A stretch of 64,000 bases of DNA from an uncultured delta proteobacterium (GTDB lineage Bacteria > Myxococcota > B64-G9), in contig CAVWHX010000004.1 in the NCBI GenBank assembly GCA_963754925.1, forward strand, positions 1,024,001 through 1,088,000. Reading direction: 5' to 3'. The notes beneath the pieces are model-generated. The model was not told the DNA's origin, did not search any database, and was given only the letters and a program-made list of their open reading frames with translations. Made by a program: the position numbers and the translations under genes. Below, one piece after another: positions 48,244 to 58,589 of this stretch. The first letter of the stretch is position 1. Every line of letters starts with the position of its first letter.

Positions 48244-49885
48244 ATGCTGGCCGATTACCTCACTGACTTTGCCGTGATGGGCAGGCTTGAACTTCTCTCG
48301 TTGCCGATGCTCATGACCCACCTCCTTGACCGAAAACTCACGGGTGTATTGCACCTTGACGCCGACCACACCGCAACCTGGGTTTTCTTTTCGCAGGGTT
48401 TTCCAGCGAGCACCGCGCTGTCAGATTTGCCGGACTACTTGGGTTCAATCCTTAAGGAACTTGGGCTCATCGATGAGCTGACTTACAACGATTCCTTAAG
48501 GGAGATCGCAGACGGCAAACACTCACTGGGCCATGTGTTGGTGGATAAAAGAAAGATAACGGCCGAACAACTCGATCGGGTCACCGCGATACAAGTGGCC
48601 CGCGCGCTTACCCGTTTGTTTGCATTCAAGACCGGTGGCTTCAGTTTTATCGAGGATGAAGAGCCGCCGCCACTCGTTACCCCCGTTCGTATTAACCCCT
48701 ATGCCTTGATGCATAGGGGAATTAGTAATAACTACAACGACGACGATCTCAAGCGAGGTCTCGCAAAACTGAGCGGTAAGTCGTGTCGTCTTTCACGGTT
48801 ATTCATTGAACGCAAAGAGTTTTTCGATTTTTCGCCCGAGGAACTACAGGATCTTGAGTTGCTGCGGGAGTTCCGCCTGCCGCAGGACTATGTGCAGAAC
48901 GCTCAATCCGGCTCAACCGTAGGTATGGTGCTCTTGCTGACACTGCTCTCGTGCGGAATGATTGAGCTCGAGGAAGTCGCTTTTGCCCAACCGTTTGCCA
49001 CTGTTGTTGGTCCGACCGCCACGTCGAGCCTGCCGGATCTCGGTGCAGCAATACCGGTACCGCCACTCCCCGTGAGGCCCGCACCACTGGCCCAGCCCGC
49101 GGCATCGGCGCGTAAAGCTCCTTTGCGGGGGGCGCCGATCGGCGGTTCGGCCAATGAGGTCGTTTCAGGTCTGCGCAGAAAGGTCAACGAGAAATACGAA
49201 CAAATTAAAGATAGCTGATCTATGGAGTATCCTCGAGATCGAGAGGAATGCTGACGGTGAGAAGATCAAGAAATCCTATATGACGTTAGCCAAAGTGTAT
49301 CACCCCGATCGGGTGATGGAAGCCAACGACGAAGAGTTGACCCACCGCATGAAGGTGATCTTCGAGAGGATCAGCGAAGCCTTTCAGATCCTCTCTAACC
49401 CCGAAAAGCGCGCCGCTTTGGCGAAAGAAATCGTAACCGGATCGGTTAAGAAGCCAAACGCCCGGCCCGAGGAAGCCAACCTTCAGTTCCAGAAGGCCAT
49501 GGTCTACTTGAAAAAGCGCGACGTTGCCAACGCGGCCGATTGCATCCGCTGGGCGATGGAGCTTGATCCAAACAACGGTGAGTATCAAGCGTACCGCTAC
49601 TGGATCGACTACCTCAAGGGTTCAGAACCCGAAGCCGAACGGATAGGAAAAGTGAAGGCCAACTTACTCGATGTCGCCAAACACTTTCCCCGTTGCTTTG
49701 CAGCGGTGCGGTTTCTGTCTCTAATCTTTAATAAGCTCAAGGATCAGGTCAGCTACGAACAATATTTGATAAAGGCACAGAGCATTAACCCCAAGGACAT
49801 TGAGGTCAACCGAGAGATCCGGCTGCTCACCATGCGTAAAGAACATTTAAAGGGGAAAGGGTCATCGGGAACAACTAAAAAATGA
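48244..49885 (+). CDS. DUF4388-like / J-domain / TPR protein, with an apparent +1 frameshift
   Basis: N-terminal GRLELLSLPML...TGVLHL (DUF4388/PATAN-like). Removing one A at 49207-49209 joins EKYEQIK to IADLWSILEI...KVYHPDRV (J-domain HPD) and TPRs. Confidence 0.8.
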
Positions 49886-49904
49886 ACTCGTGGTCACCTC
49901 AACG

Positions 49905-50123
49905 CTAAGTCTTTGAGATTTCAGTCTTGTGTTCGGTATCGGCCCTCGGACGAACCTTGCCAGCGGCAATTTCACGCAGGGCGACGATCGGGGGCTTGTT
50001 TTTAGCGTGCACCAGCGGGCGGGAACCATCCAACAACTGCCGGGTGCGTCGGGTAGCGCACAGCACCAAGGTAAAACGGTTGGGTATATTCTTTAAGCAA
50101 TCTTCTACGGTCACGCGGGCCAT
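49905..50123 (-). CDS. rpoZ: RNA polymerase omega subunit
   Basis: [17 protein letters not shown]...RRTRQL...[15 protein letters not shown]. Confidence 0.95.
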   Translation of the reverse strand: MARVTVEDCLKNIPNRFTLVLCATRRTRQLLDGSRPLVHAKNKPPIVALREIAAGKVRPRADTEHKTEISKT

Positions 50124-50199
50124 CAATAACCTCCTTGCAAAGATCAGCATCGGCCAAATCAAAGGATAATATCCAGCTTACAGGCATAAATCAAGATAT

Positions 50200-52200
50200 T
50201 TAATGGGAAAAGTATAGCTGGTACCCAATTCCAATCTCAAAGCCGCCGATCGTGCTCGTGATATGCCCTGGTCCGAGGGTGTGAGAAAGGGAGGAATACA
50301 AATAGCGGGCTTGAAAGAAAAGCGCCCCGATCCCAAGTTTGAGCTCTGCGCCGAGGCCCGCCACACCACCTGCTGCGACGTGGTAATCTGGCTTAAGCGG
50401 TAGAGAACCTTGGGTCACCGAGTCCTTGACAACCTCGACCCCGCCCCCAATAAGCACTACCGGTTTAATTGGTTCGGCGTGGGGGAATGGTTTGAAGAGG
50501 AGCACTACGAACAGAGGTATGAGATCGAGCTGCGTTTTAAATTCCGTGCCGGTCTCAGTGGTCAGGTGGTCGGTCCACCCGCCGCGGTAACCGGCTTCAA
50601 GGCCGAGGTAAAAGCGACTGTCGGCAAACGGCAGCCGCAGAGCGGCATCGAACGAGAACGCTGGCTGCACCTGTTTAAAGTTGGTAGTCAATCCCAGCCA
50701 CGGTCCAATTTGGAGAAAGGGCGTTGGCCCGCCCACGCCCTTGAGTGACAGCGTGACGGCAGTGGAGGCGGCGTCTGCTTCTGTCCCCGTTGTTATATAA
50801 ACACTGACGCTTCTGTCCTGGGTGCCCTGTGGAGCTTGATAGCGCAACACATAGCGTCCCTGACCTTGCTCATGGGCGCTGCCGAGCGTGCCAATCGGGA
50901 CCGCGCCGGAAATAGGCACGCCCTCGAGCGCGTCGCCGTCGCTATCGAACACCATAACTTCGATATCGGTTTCACTTTTGCCGTTCATGCTTAGGGTTGA
51001 GTCGATGGCGCGGGCACGGAGGTTTGCCGGCTTGGGTGACGATAGCTGGAGAGCTCCTTCGGCTCGGAGCTCCGGACGTTTTCCCCGCGGAAGGGTTGCG
51101 ACACACGTGACTTCACCGCGTGCGCCATAGGGTGGCGTGAAAGAAGCTTCATAGGTGCCCGGGGCAGGTTCTGCTATCGGTGTGGTCACCCCCAGCGAGC
51201 AGGTAAGGTACGGCTGACGACCAGCCACCGGCCCACCTATCGTATCGATCACGTGTATGGTTATGCGAGCGACGCCTTGACGAGAGCTCGTCAGGTGCGA
51301 CGGATCCACCGCGATGGTGAGGCGATCGGCATGGCCCGCCGACAGTCGGATCTGAAAATTGCGGACATTCAAGGGATTGTTTGGGTCTGAGATAGTCAGT
51401 TGGGCGGCTGCGCTCTTCAGGCCGGCCGGCGCGGTATAGCGCAGACGAAACAACCCTGCCCCAAGGCGTTGAATGTCCGAGACGGAACCGGTGGTTTTTT
51501 TTACCGCCAGCGACACTTGGGAAGCCAGCCCGCCATCTGGAGAAACCGCAATCAGATAGACGTTGGAAAAATCCTCACCATCGGCAGCCAGTTCAGAGCG
51601 CTCGACAAAACCCACCAACCCAGGGCTTGGCGGAATGTCAAGGTTAACCCAGCGAGTGGTATGGTTGCCGAACTCATCGACCGCCTCGGCTTGGCCCGTG
51701 GTTTCACCCGGTCCGATTTCGACGGGTATCTTAACCTGACCGCTCCCGTCGGTCATGACCGGGCCGTATCGGCGCCCCGCTAACGTCAACGTTACATTGA
51801 CACGGGTTTTGTCAGTGTTTACGGCGAGTTCGGCCCGCGCCCGTAACGGAATGACCGCAAACCCGGGAACGACGCCAGGCACCATGGCCGCCACCAGTAC
51901 CGCCTGCGGATGTCGCTGAGCGGGCATGCGGTAGATCGCTCGATACTGACCGGCGCCCAGATCCTCGACCTTCGACAGAGATCCGGCCGAGCAGTCGGTT
52001 TCGACCCGCATCCCGCCTATTCCTTGTCCGCGTTTATTCATGACCTTGATTTGAATGGGTAATTCCTTGTTTGGTTGGATGACGAGGTCCGACCGAGGCG
52101 CCTCGACCTTCACCGTAAGATCGGCAGTATCCTGGGCCGCGACAACCGCTATCCAACCGAAAAACAGAACTGCTGCTGAAAAAATCACCCGCGTCATCAA
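50200..52200 (-). CDS. secreted protein with repeated Ig-like (invasin-type) domains and a C-terminal beta-barrel-like domain
   Basis: Signal peptide; four G.G.Y...Y..P modules; C-terminal alternating beta-strands ending GIGYQLYFSH. Confidence 0.7.
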   Translation of the reverse strand: MMTRVIFSAAVLFFGWIAVVAAQDTADLTVKVEAPRSDLVIQPNKELPIQIKVMNKRGQGIGGMRVETDCSAGSLSKVEDLGAGQYRAIYRMPAQRHPQAVLVAAMVPGVVPGFAVIPLRARAELAVNTDKTRVNVTLTLAGRRYGPVMTDGSGQVKIPVEIGPGETTGQAEAVDEFGNHTTRWVNLDIPPSPGLVGFVERSELAADGEDFSNVYLIAVSPDGGLASQVSLAVKKTTGSVSDIQRLGAGLFRLRYTAPAGLKSAAAQLTISDPNNPLNVRNFQIRLSAGHADRLTIAVDPSHLTSSRQGVARITIHVIDTIGGPVAGRQPYLTCSLGVTTPIAEPAPGTYEASFTPPYGARGEVTCVATLPRGKRPELRAEGALQLSSPKPANLRARAIDSTLSMNGKSETDIEVMVFDSDGDALEGVPISGAVPIGTLGSAHEQGQGRYVLRYQAPQGTQDRSVSVYITTGTEADAASTAVTLSLKGVGGPTPFLQIGPWLGLTTNFKQVQPAFSFDAALRLPFADSRFYLGLEAGYRGGWTDHLTTETGTEFKTQLDLIPLFVVLLFKPFPHAEPIKPVVLIGGGVEVVKDSVTQGSLPLKPDYHVAAGGVAGLGAELKLGIGALFFQARYLYSSLSHTLGPGHITSTIGGFEIGIGYQLYFSH

Positions 52201-52283
52201 TCCCCCGGCGTTATCTGGTGTTCATGCTTCAAGAATAGGCGCAGATTCCTAAACGGTCAAGAATAGGGACTACGCAACACCCC

Positions 52284-54344
52284 CTAGTAGTTCATGTCGT
52301 CCTCGATAAAACTTAGATCGATTGATAGCGGAAGCTGCGGCAGCGGCTCGCCTTCCAGATAGGCATAGCGGAAGAAGGTCTCGGTGACGGTTTTTACATA
52401 ATCGCGCGTCTCGGCGAAAGGAAGTGATTCGACAAAGGCGTCGAGCGGGAGCTGCCCGAAGAGTTTAAACCATTTTACCACCGCGGGTGATCCCGCATTG
52501 TAGGCAGCGGCGATTATCAGCCACTGGCCTTTGAACTTCTTCTGCAGTCGATCGAGGTACCACGCGGCGATATGAATATTGTACTCGGGATCAAATAAAT
52601 CCTCTTTATCGGGGTCAAGCCCAAGCTCACGGGCCACCCGAAAGGCGGTGGAGGGAATAAGCTGCATGAGCCCGCGCGCGTTAGCGGGTGATAGGGCCAG
52701 TGCATCGAACTCGCTCTCAGTGCGCATAATCGATTGCAGAAATAGGATAGCGGTGGGGTCTCTGCCTGCGAAGCGGGTCAGGCGCTCGCGCTCGTAGGCC
52801 GGGTAGGCACGATCCCACAGGACACGGGTTTCGCCGTTTGGGAGCCTCAGCAGGACTACGGACTGGTCAAATAACGCGCGCAAGGCATGGTGGAAAAACC
52901 CGGTGGCGCGGTAGGCATCCAGCAACGCCAGCCGATCCCGCTGGCGGGGATGCTTGGCTAAGAAATCCTTTTCACCGCGGCGCAACACGAGTTCCGCGAA
53001 AGCCGGCAATTGCGCCGCAACCAATTCGTTGGCTTTGTGGAACAACGAGTCGTCCAAAACGACCGGCGCCGTCGCGGCAGGCGGTGGTGGCAGCAACGCC
53101 GGAGCGTGATCGCCAAGGCGCACGCGGGCGAGCAACGCATACCAGGTCAGGGGATAGAGCTCGCAGAGCGACCTCCACAACGTCTCGGCATCGAGGAGCT
53201 GGCCACGGGAGGAGGCGGCATAGGCGCTCCAATACCGCGCCCGGGCGGCGATGCGTGGTGCCGGGTGGTCAAGCTGCGGTTTGAGAACCGCCAGCGCCTC
53301 CTCCCAGCGTTGGTGACGCAGGGAGCACCAGGCGTGAAACCAGCGTGCTTCAATCGTCCAGCGGCTGCGTTGATACTGTTGCCAAAGCTGTTCGAATAAC
53401 GGCCAGGCGCGATCGCACTGGCCTTGGCTCTGCTCCAGCCAGCCAGCATAGAAGAGCGCGGCGGCGGCGGTGTCCCCCTGGGGATACCGGGCAACCATGG
53501 CGCGGTGGCTTTGGATAGCTTGATTGTCTTGGCCCAGGCGGCTGAAACAGCGCGAACCCCAGAACCAGGCTTGTTCGGCCTGGTCCGGGGTGGGAGCGTA
53601 ATCACGCGCGGCAAACAGGAAACGTTGGGCTTCTTGATAGCGGCCGGCCATATCAAAGAGGATGCGCCCGAGGGTATAGGCCCGTTCATACCGTTCTCGG
53701 TCGGTGCTCGCTTGCGGCGCCCGATCGAGCACTGACAACGCCTCGTCCCGACGTCCGGCAGCCACGAGTGCTCGCGCCAACGATATCGCTTCGTCCTGGT
53801 TAAGGAGCGAATCGGGTTGCGTATCCGGCAGCACAAACGCCAGAGGAAGGAAAGGGAAACCGATCCGCAACTTAGGCAATAGCCGCAGACTGGCTTGCTC
53901 CGTATCGCGCTCGATCAAGATCTCAACCCGGTGCATGAGGCCGACCGCCCGATCCACGCGGCGGTCGGGAAGGTTAGGCTGCAGCTTTTCGGCATCTTGG
54001 TAATGGGTCACTGCCGCCTGCCGGTCTCCGAGTTCGATATCACAGTCGGCTGCCCGGTACGCAGCCAAAACAGCATGGGGGCTTCCGGGAAACTTCGCAG
54101 CGAGAAAACGAAAACGCTCACGCGCCACGGGGTACCGCCGGGCGTAGAAAAGGCACTGGGCCTCGATAAACAAGGCGCTGTCGGGATTTTGGAGCTTGCC
54201 AGCCGAAAGCCCGCGGGCGAATTTGGCGCACTGCTCAAATTGACCCGCCCGATAGGCGTTGACCGCCTCGCGTAACCTCGCTACCTCGGCAGAATCAGAT
54301 GCGAGAGCCAATGTTGACAGTACCATGAATAAACAGATGCGCAT
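52284..54344 (-). CDS. slt: soluble lytic murein transglycosylase with TPR repeats
   Basis: IMRTESEF, ARGLMQLIP, AAYNAG, ETRDYVK; N-terminal signal peptide and helical repeats. Confidence 0.9.
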   Translation of the reverse strand: MRICLFMVLSTLALASDSAEVARLREAVNAYRAGQFEQCAKFARGLSAGKLQNPDSALFIEAQCLFYARRYPVARERFRFLAAKFPGSPHAVLAAYRAADCDIELGDRQAAVTHYQDAEKLQPNLPDRRVDRAVGLMHRVEILIERDTEQASLRLLPKLRIGFPFLPLAFVLPDTQPDSLLNQDEAISLARALVAAGRRDEALSVLDRAPQASTDRERYERAYTLGRILFDMAGRYQEAQRFLFAARDYAPTPDQAEQAWFWGSRCFSRLGQDNQAIQSHRAMVARYPQGDTAAAALFYAGWLEQSQGQCDRAWPLFEQLWQQYQRSRWTIEARWFHAWCSLRHQRWEEALAVLKPQLDHPAPRIAARARYWSAYAASSRGQLLDAETLWRSLCELYPLTWYALLARVRLGDHAPALLPPPPAATAPVVLDDSLFHKANELVAAQLPAFAELVLRRGEKDFLAKHPRQRDRLALLDAYRATGFFHHALRALFDQSVVLLRLPNGETRVLWDRAYPAYERERLTRFAGRDPTAILFLQSIMRTESEFDALALSPANARGLMQLIPSTAFRVARELGLDPDKEDLFDPEYNIHIAAWYLDRLQKKFKGQWLIIAAAYNAGSPAVVKWFKLFGQLPLDAFVESLPFAETRDYVKTVTETFFRYAYLEGEPLPQLPLSIDLSFIEDDMNY

Positions 54345-54438
54345 TAATCAGAAAGGATACCACGGGTGTTGAGGTAATGCATGTTCCACGCACGCTCGTG
54401 ATCTTGACTTGATCGCCGAATGCTCTTTGGTGTAAGCG

Positions 54439-55290
54439 TTGCCCGTGAGCCTCATTGAACGCGTGGATATTATTTTGGTCGAACCGAGCGAGGGCGGCAA
54501 CGTCGGCAGTTGTGCGCGCGCCCTCAAGAATATGGGGTTTATGCGTTTCCATATGGTGCGGCCGCGCTATACCGATAGGCGCGCGGCCACAACCATGGCG
54601 GTCCATGCCAAGGATGTGCTCCATGGCGCACAGGTTCATGACACCGTGGAAGCAGCCATCGCGAGGGCGCACTGGGTTGTTGCGACCAGCGGGAGGAGGC
54701 GTTCGTATCCCGAACGCAAAGTCCCACTGACGCCGGAGCAGTTTGTGACGAAGCTGCATTCGCTTCCCAAAGAAGCGCGCGTCGCGGTGGTTTTTGGTCC
54801 CGAGCGCATTGGGCTGACTGCCGCACAGCTTGGCCTCTGTCAGGATCTCCTGGTTATGCCCACAGCGCCGGAGTATCCGATTCTCAACCTGGCGCAGGCG
54901 GTGCTCCTGGTTGCCTATGAAATTCGTCGAGCAGATCTGGCCGCAGCGCCGCGCAAGCGGTCGAAGCGACGCGCAGTATCGGCCGAGCGCGTCGATGGAC
55001 TCATAGCCCACCTGCGTCACACGTTGGGGACCATTGGCTTTCTCAATAAACAGAACCCGCGGTTGATTCTTGATGATCTGCGGTTTCTCTTATCGCGCGC
55101 CACGCTTGACGAACGCGAGGTTCAGCTTCTGCGCGGGATCCTTCACCGGGTGGATGTCACCATCGCTCGATTGGGCGGCCCACCGACCCTCAATCAAGTA
55201 AGCCGGCTTGGAAAAAAGATGCAGCGTGAGGTGCGCTGCTCAAAAAAAACCGCCGGTGTGGGCCATAAGCCGGGTTCTGTTTCCGGTTGA
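54439..55290 (+). CDS. trmJ: tRNA/rRNA 2'-O-methyltransferase, TrmJ/LasT family
   Basis: ILVEP...GNVGSCARALKNMG, VFGPERIGL, LNLAQAV; 3' end uncertain because it overlaps rnpB. Confidence 0.9.
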   Translation: MPVSLIERVDIILVEPSEGGNVGSCARALKNMGFMRFHMVRPRYTDRRAATTMAVHAKDVLHGAQVHDTVEAAIARAHWVVATSGRRRSYPERKVPLTPEQFVTKLHSLPKEARVAVVFGPERIGLTAAQLGLCQDLLVMPTAPEYPILNLAQAVLLVAYEIRRADLAAAPRKRSKRRAVSAERVDGLIAHLRHTLGTIGFLNKQNPRLILDDLRFLLSRATLDEREVQLLRGILHRVDVTIARLGGPPTLNQVSRLGKKMQREVRCSKKTAGVGHKPGSVSG

Positions 55291-55753
55291 AGTCGCCCTC
55301 AGCCGGACAGTGCTCATTCATCTAGGATTGCCGTTGCCGGCAATCTCAAGCGGTCAACCCAGACGAAATAGGCGGGCCACCTATCTCAAAAACCGCTGCC
55401 TATGGCCGAAACCACAGCAGGTGTTTTAGAGATCGTCTTTATTGGACCTTGCTCCAGGTGGGGTTTGCCCTGCCCAGGCTGTCACCAGCCTAGCGGTGCG
55501 CTCTTACCGCACCATTTCACCCTTGCCGCCCCGGCCCTCGCGAGGGCCGGGGTGAGGGAAAAAACCCGCAGGGGGCGTTTCCCATGCGTCAACGCCCTCG
55601 AAAGGGCTTTGACGGGCGGTATGTTTTCTGTGGCACTTTCCTTGGAGTTGCCTCCACTGGCCGTTAACCAGCACCTGCGCCCTTTGGAGCCCGGACTTTC
55701 CTCTCGTCCCGTAGCATCGTACAGGACCAGCGAGCACCAAGCCCGCACCGGCG
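55251..55753 (-). ncRNA. rnpB: RNase P RNA, bacterial type A
   Basis: Minus strand GAGGAAAGTCCGG (55691-55703), AGTGCCACAGAAA, GGGTGAAA..GTGCGGTAAGAGCGCAC, AAACCCC...GGAGCAAG, AACAGAACCCGGCTTA (55266-55281); ends pair as P1; followed by a U8 tract. Confidence 0.96.
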
Positions 55754-55829
55754 AAACGATTTTTCAAAGATCTAAGGTTGGCATTCTCTCAGAATGCTCG
55801 TCGGTTGAAAAGAAGAAACCGTAGTGCAT

Positions 55830-55975
55830 TAGGTAGCCCAAAGGCTTAGGGGTATTCGTCGAACGACACGCGACCGAAACATCTTAACCGTTTAAGATTG
55901 TAGTGTTCATTATGCAAATGTAACCTGGGTGTAGACGGTCGCCTGACGAACACCCCTAACCCTCTGGGCTACCTA
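55830..55975. repeat. 146-bp element bounded by 31-bp inverted repeats
   Basis: 55830-55860 and 55945-55975 are complementary at 28/31 positions; inner stems GCGACCG/CGGTCGC and ATCTTAA/TTAAGAT. Confidence 0.8.
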
Positions 55976-55980
55976 CAATA

Positions 55981-56931
55981 TTAGCTACACGAATCATTTT
56001 CTGTAAGTAAATTAAGCAGATCCTCGGGCAGCCGTGCTTCAAACGTCAGCAATTCGCCGGTGTGGGGGTGGCTGAGCGCGAGGCGTTCGGCATGCAGCGC
56101 GTGGCGGGTATGGCCCAGCCGTGTGAAATCGGCCTGGGTAAGTTGTTCTTTTATCATCGCCAAGTAGGGTCGACCGTTTTCCTGGTAGAGCTTGTCGCCC
56201 AGCACGGGATGGCCAAGGTGGGCCAAGTGCACCCGGATCTGATGTTGGCGGCCGGTGCTCGGATAGGCTGCGACCAATGCGCGATCTGCGTAACGTTTCA
56301 ATATCTCGAAGTCGGTCACTGCGTGCTGACCGCGATCCGGATCGACTTTCATCCGACACAAAATGGGGAAGGTGCGGTCGAGGGCAAGGGGAGCCTCCAC
56401 CCGGCGCTGGGTAAAGGAAGGGACCCCGCGCACGACCGCCACGTACCGTTTCTGGACCTCGCGGCCTGCGAACTGCTTCATCAATGAGTTGAGTATAGCT
56501 GCGCCGCGGCCGAGAACCAGCAACCCGCTGGTCTCGCGGTCGAGCCGATGTCCTAGTTGCAGCGTCGGATCGGAGAGTTCCTCGCGCAATCGAGTCAGAA
56601 TAGTGCGCGTGCGAAACCCTCGTACCGGATGCACGGGCGCGCCCGGGCCCTTGTCGATTACCACTATCCAACGGTCTTGGTACAGAATGTGGTATCTAAC
56701 CGGTACCTGCGGTTCGGGACGGACGTGGCTACGCACCTGGATGGTTTCACCCACGTGCAGTCTATGGCCCCAGCGCAACGCGCGGCCGTCATCGCCAAAA
56801 ACGCAACCTTTCAGGCGCTGGCAGAGCGAGGTGCGGCTGCGGCGGAACTTGGTCGATAGAAACTGATCTAAGCGCTTGCCCGCGTTCTCGGCGGCAATAT
56901 GAAAGGAAAACAGCCCAGGCTGTTCAGGCAA
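55981..56931 (-). CDS. RluA-family pseudouridine synthase (RluD-like, with S4 domain)
   Basis: GKRLDQFL, VIDKG.G.PVHP, HRLDRETSGLL, TGRQHQIRVHL, HALHA. Confidence 0.92.
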   Translation of the reverse strand: MPEQPGLFSFHIAAENAGKRLDQFLSTKFRRSRTSLCQRLKGCVFGDDGRALRWGHRLHVGETIQVRSHVRPEPQVPVRYHILYQDRWIVVIDKGPGAPVHPVRGFRTRTILTRLREELSDPTLQLGHRLDRETSGLLVLGRGAAILNSLMKQFAGREVQKRYVAVVRGVPSFTQRRVEAPLALDRTFPILCRMKVDPDRGQHAVTDFEILKRYADRALVAAYPSTGRQHQIRVHLAHLGHPVLGDKLYQENGRPYLAMIKEQLTQADFTRLGHTRHALHAERLALSHPHTGELLTFEARLPEDLLNLLTENDSCS

Positions 56932-56943
56932 CGGGCAAATAGA

Positions 56944-58584
56944 TTAAACCCTCCATCGTTGACCGCGCGCGATCGGTATCTGGCGGCCGGCCCCAAAGGC
57001 CCGGCGGGTGACGCGCAGCACTGGCGCGGCTTGGCGCCTCTTGAACTCGCTGATTTCAAGCAGGCGGACCACCTCGGCAACGATGCGCGGATCCTGACCG
57101 CGCGCTATGACCTGCTCCGCGTCCAAACCCTCGGTCACAAAAAGATCTAAAATTTCGTCGAGCAGCGGGTACGGGGGAAGCGAGTCTTGGTCCGTTTGAT
57201 TTGGTCGCAGCTCGGCGCTGGGCGCCCGGTCGATAATTCGGCGCGGGATGAGCTCGGCGGGATGATTGAAATGCTCGGCCAAGGCATAGACTTGACGCTT
57301 GAGCAGATCGCCGATAGGAGCTAAACCACCGACCATATCGCCGTAAAGGGTGCAGTAGCCGGTGGCGAGCTCGCTTTTGTTGCCGGTGGCCAACGCTAAC
57401 GCCCCGGTCGCATTTGCGTGGGCCATTACCAGAGCACCGCGAATGCGAGCCTGAAGGTTCTCGTCGGTGAGCGACAGCTCAAGCGGGCCCAAGGTCGGCT
57501 GCAACTGTTGCCGAAAGGCGTCGAGGATCGCGCTTATCGATATGATGTGAAAGTCGATGCCGAGCCGTTTGGCGAGCAACTCGGCATCGGTCTGGCTGAA
57601 ACCGGCCGAGTAGATCGAAGGCATGAAAAGCGCGCGCACGTTGTTCGGTCCGATGGCCTTTACGGCCAGAACTGCCACGACGGCTGAGTCGATGCCTCCC
57701 GATAGTCCCAACACCACGTGGGATAAACCGCTCTTGCGCAAAAAATCGGTAAGACCCAGGATCAACGCGTCAGCTAGTTCCTGGGGGCCGTCGGGGGGCG
57801 GATCGCGAAGTTCGCCCTCCCCTGCCGCGAGGTCGAACATCGCCAGGTCCTCGCCGAACGAGCGCGCGCGCGTACGCACGCTGCCATCCGGGGAGACCGC
57901 CAAGCTAGCGCCGTCAAAAATCAAACTGTCGTTGCCCCCAACCTGGTTGACCAGAACCACCGGTTTGCCGATTCGTGTTGCGATTCCAGCGAGCAGCTGC
58001 TCGCGCTCCCGGTAACGACCGGCATGAAACGGTGAGGCTGAAATATTAATCAGCACATCGATGCCTTGTCCCGCCAGATCGGCGACGGGGTCCTCTTGAT
58101 AGCGCGTTCGGCCGCGTTCAGGCCCGGGCCAGATGTCCTCGCAAACAACAATCCCCACGCGGGTGTGAGCCACGGTTGCCACCGAGCGGGTGCGGGCGGG
58201 CTCGAAATAACGATCCTCGTCAAAGACATCGTACGTCGGTAACCGTGTTTTGGCGTGCACCGACTGGATTCGCCCCTGCGAGGCGAGGATCGCGACATTC
58301 TGGATTGGGCGTCCGGTTGTTTCGGGATTCGGCAGCACCGCGCCGAACAGCAGTGGCGGCGAGCTAATCTCGGCGGCAAGCTCGAGGACCTTTCGTTCGA
58401 TCGCCCGCACGAACTCGTTGCGCGCTAGCAAGTCGAGCGGCGGATAGCCGACCAGGGCCAGCTCGGGCAGCACCACCAGATCGGCGCCACGGGCGCGGGC
58501 GTGCGCATACGCCTCACGAATCCGGCGGCAGTTGCCCGTCAGATCGCCGACGGTTGGATTGATCTGCGCTAGAGCAATACGCAT
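56944..58584 (-). CDS. nadE: glutamine-dependent NAD+ synthetase
   Basis: Nitrilase domain (PEL...GYPP, LPTYDVFDEDRYF, VCEDIW) plus LGLSGGIDS, ENLQARIRG, TGNKSE, PSAELRP. Confidence 0.96.
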   Translation of the reverse strand: MRIALAQINPTVGDLTGNCRRIREAYAHARARGADLVVLPELALVGYPPLDLLARNEFVRAIERKVLELAAEISSPPLLFGAVLPNPETTGRPIQNVAILASQGRIQSVHAKTRLPTYDVFDEDRYFEPARTRSVATVAHTRVGIVVCEDIWPGPERGRTRYQEDPVADLAGQGIDVLINISASPFHAGRYREREQLLAGIATRIGKPVVLVNQVGGNDSLIFDGASLAVSPDGSVRTRARSFGEDLAMFDLAAGEGELRDPPPDGPQELADALILGLTDFLRKSGLSHVVLGLSGGIDSAVVAVLAVKAIGPNNVRALFMPSIYSAGFSQTDAELLAKRLGIDFHIISISAILDAFRQQLQPTLGPLELSLTDENLQARIRGALVMAHANATGALALATGNKSELATGYCTLYGDMVGGLAPIGDLLKRQVYALAEHFNHPAELIPRRIIDRAPSAELRPNQTDQDSLPPYPLLDEILDLFVTEGLDAEQVIARGQDPRIVAEVVRLLEISEFKRRQAAPVLRVTRRAFGAGRQIPIARGQRWRV

Positions 58585-58589
58585 GCGTT

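Noticed and set aside
49154..49885. Independent DnaJ gene or programmed frameshift
   Set aside because: No good RBS or slippery heptamer; a single extra A explains the split.
55402..55824. ORFs on both strands over rnpB
   Set aside because: They are translations of the RNase P RNA gene.
55830..55975. Possible 6S RNA
   Set aside because: Shorter than a typical 6S RNA, no clear central bubble, and not in the zapA/ygfA context; kept only as an unassigned inverted-repeat element.
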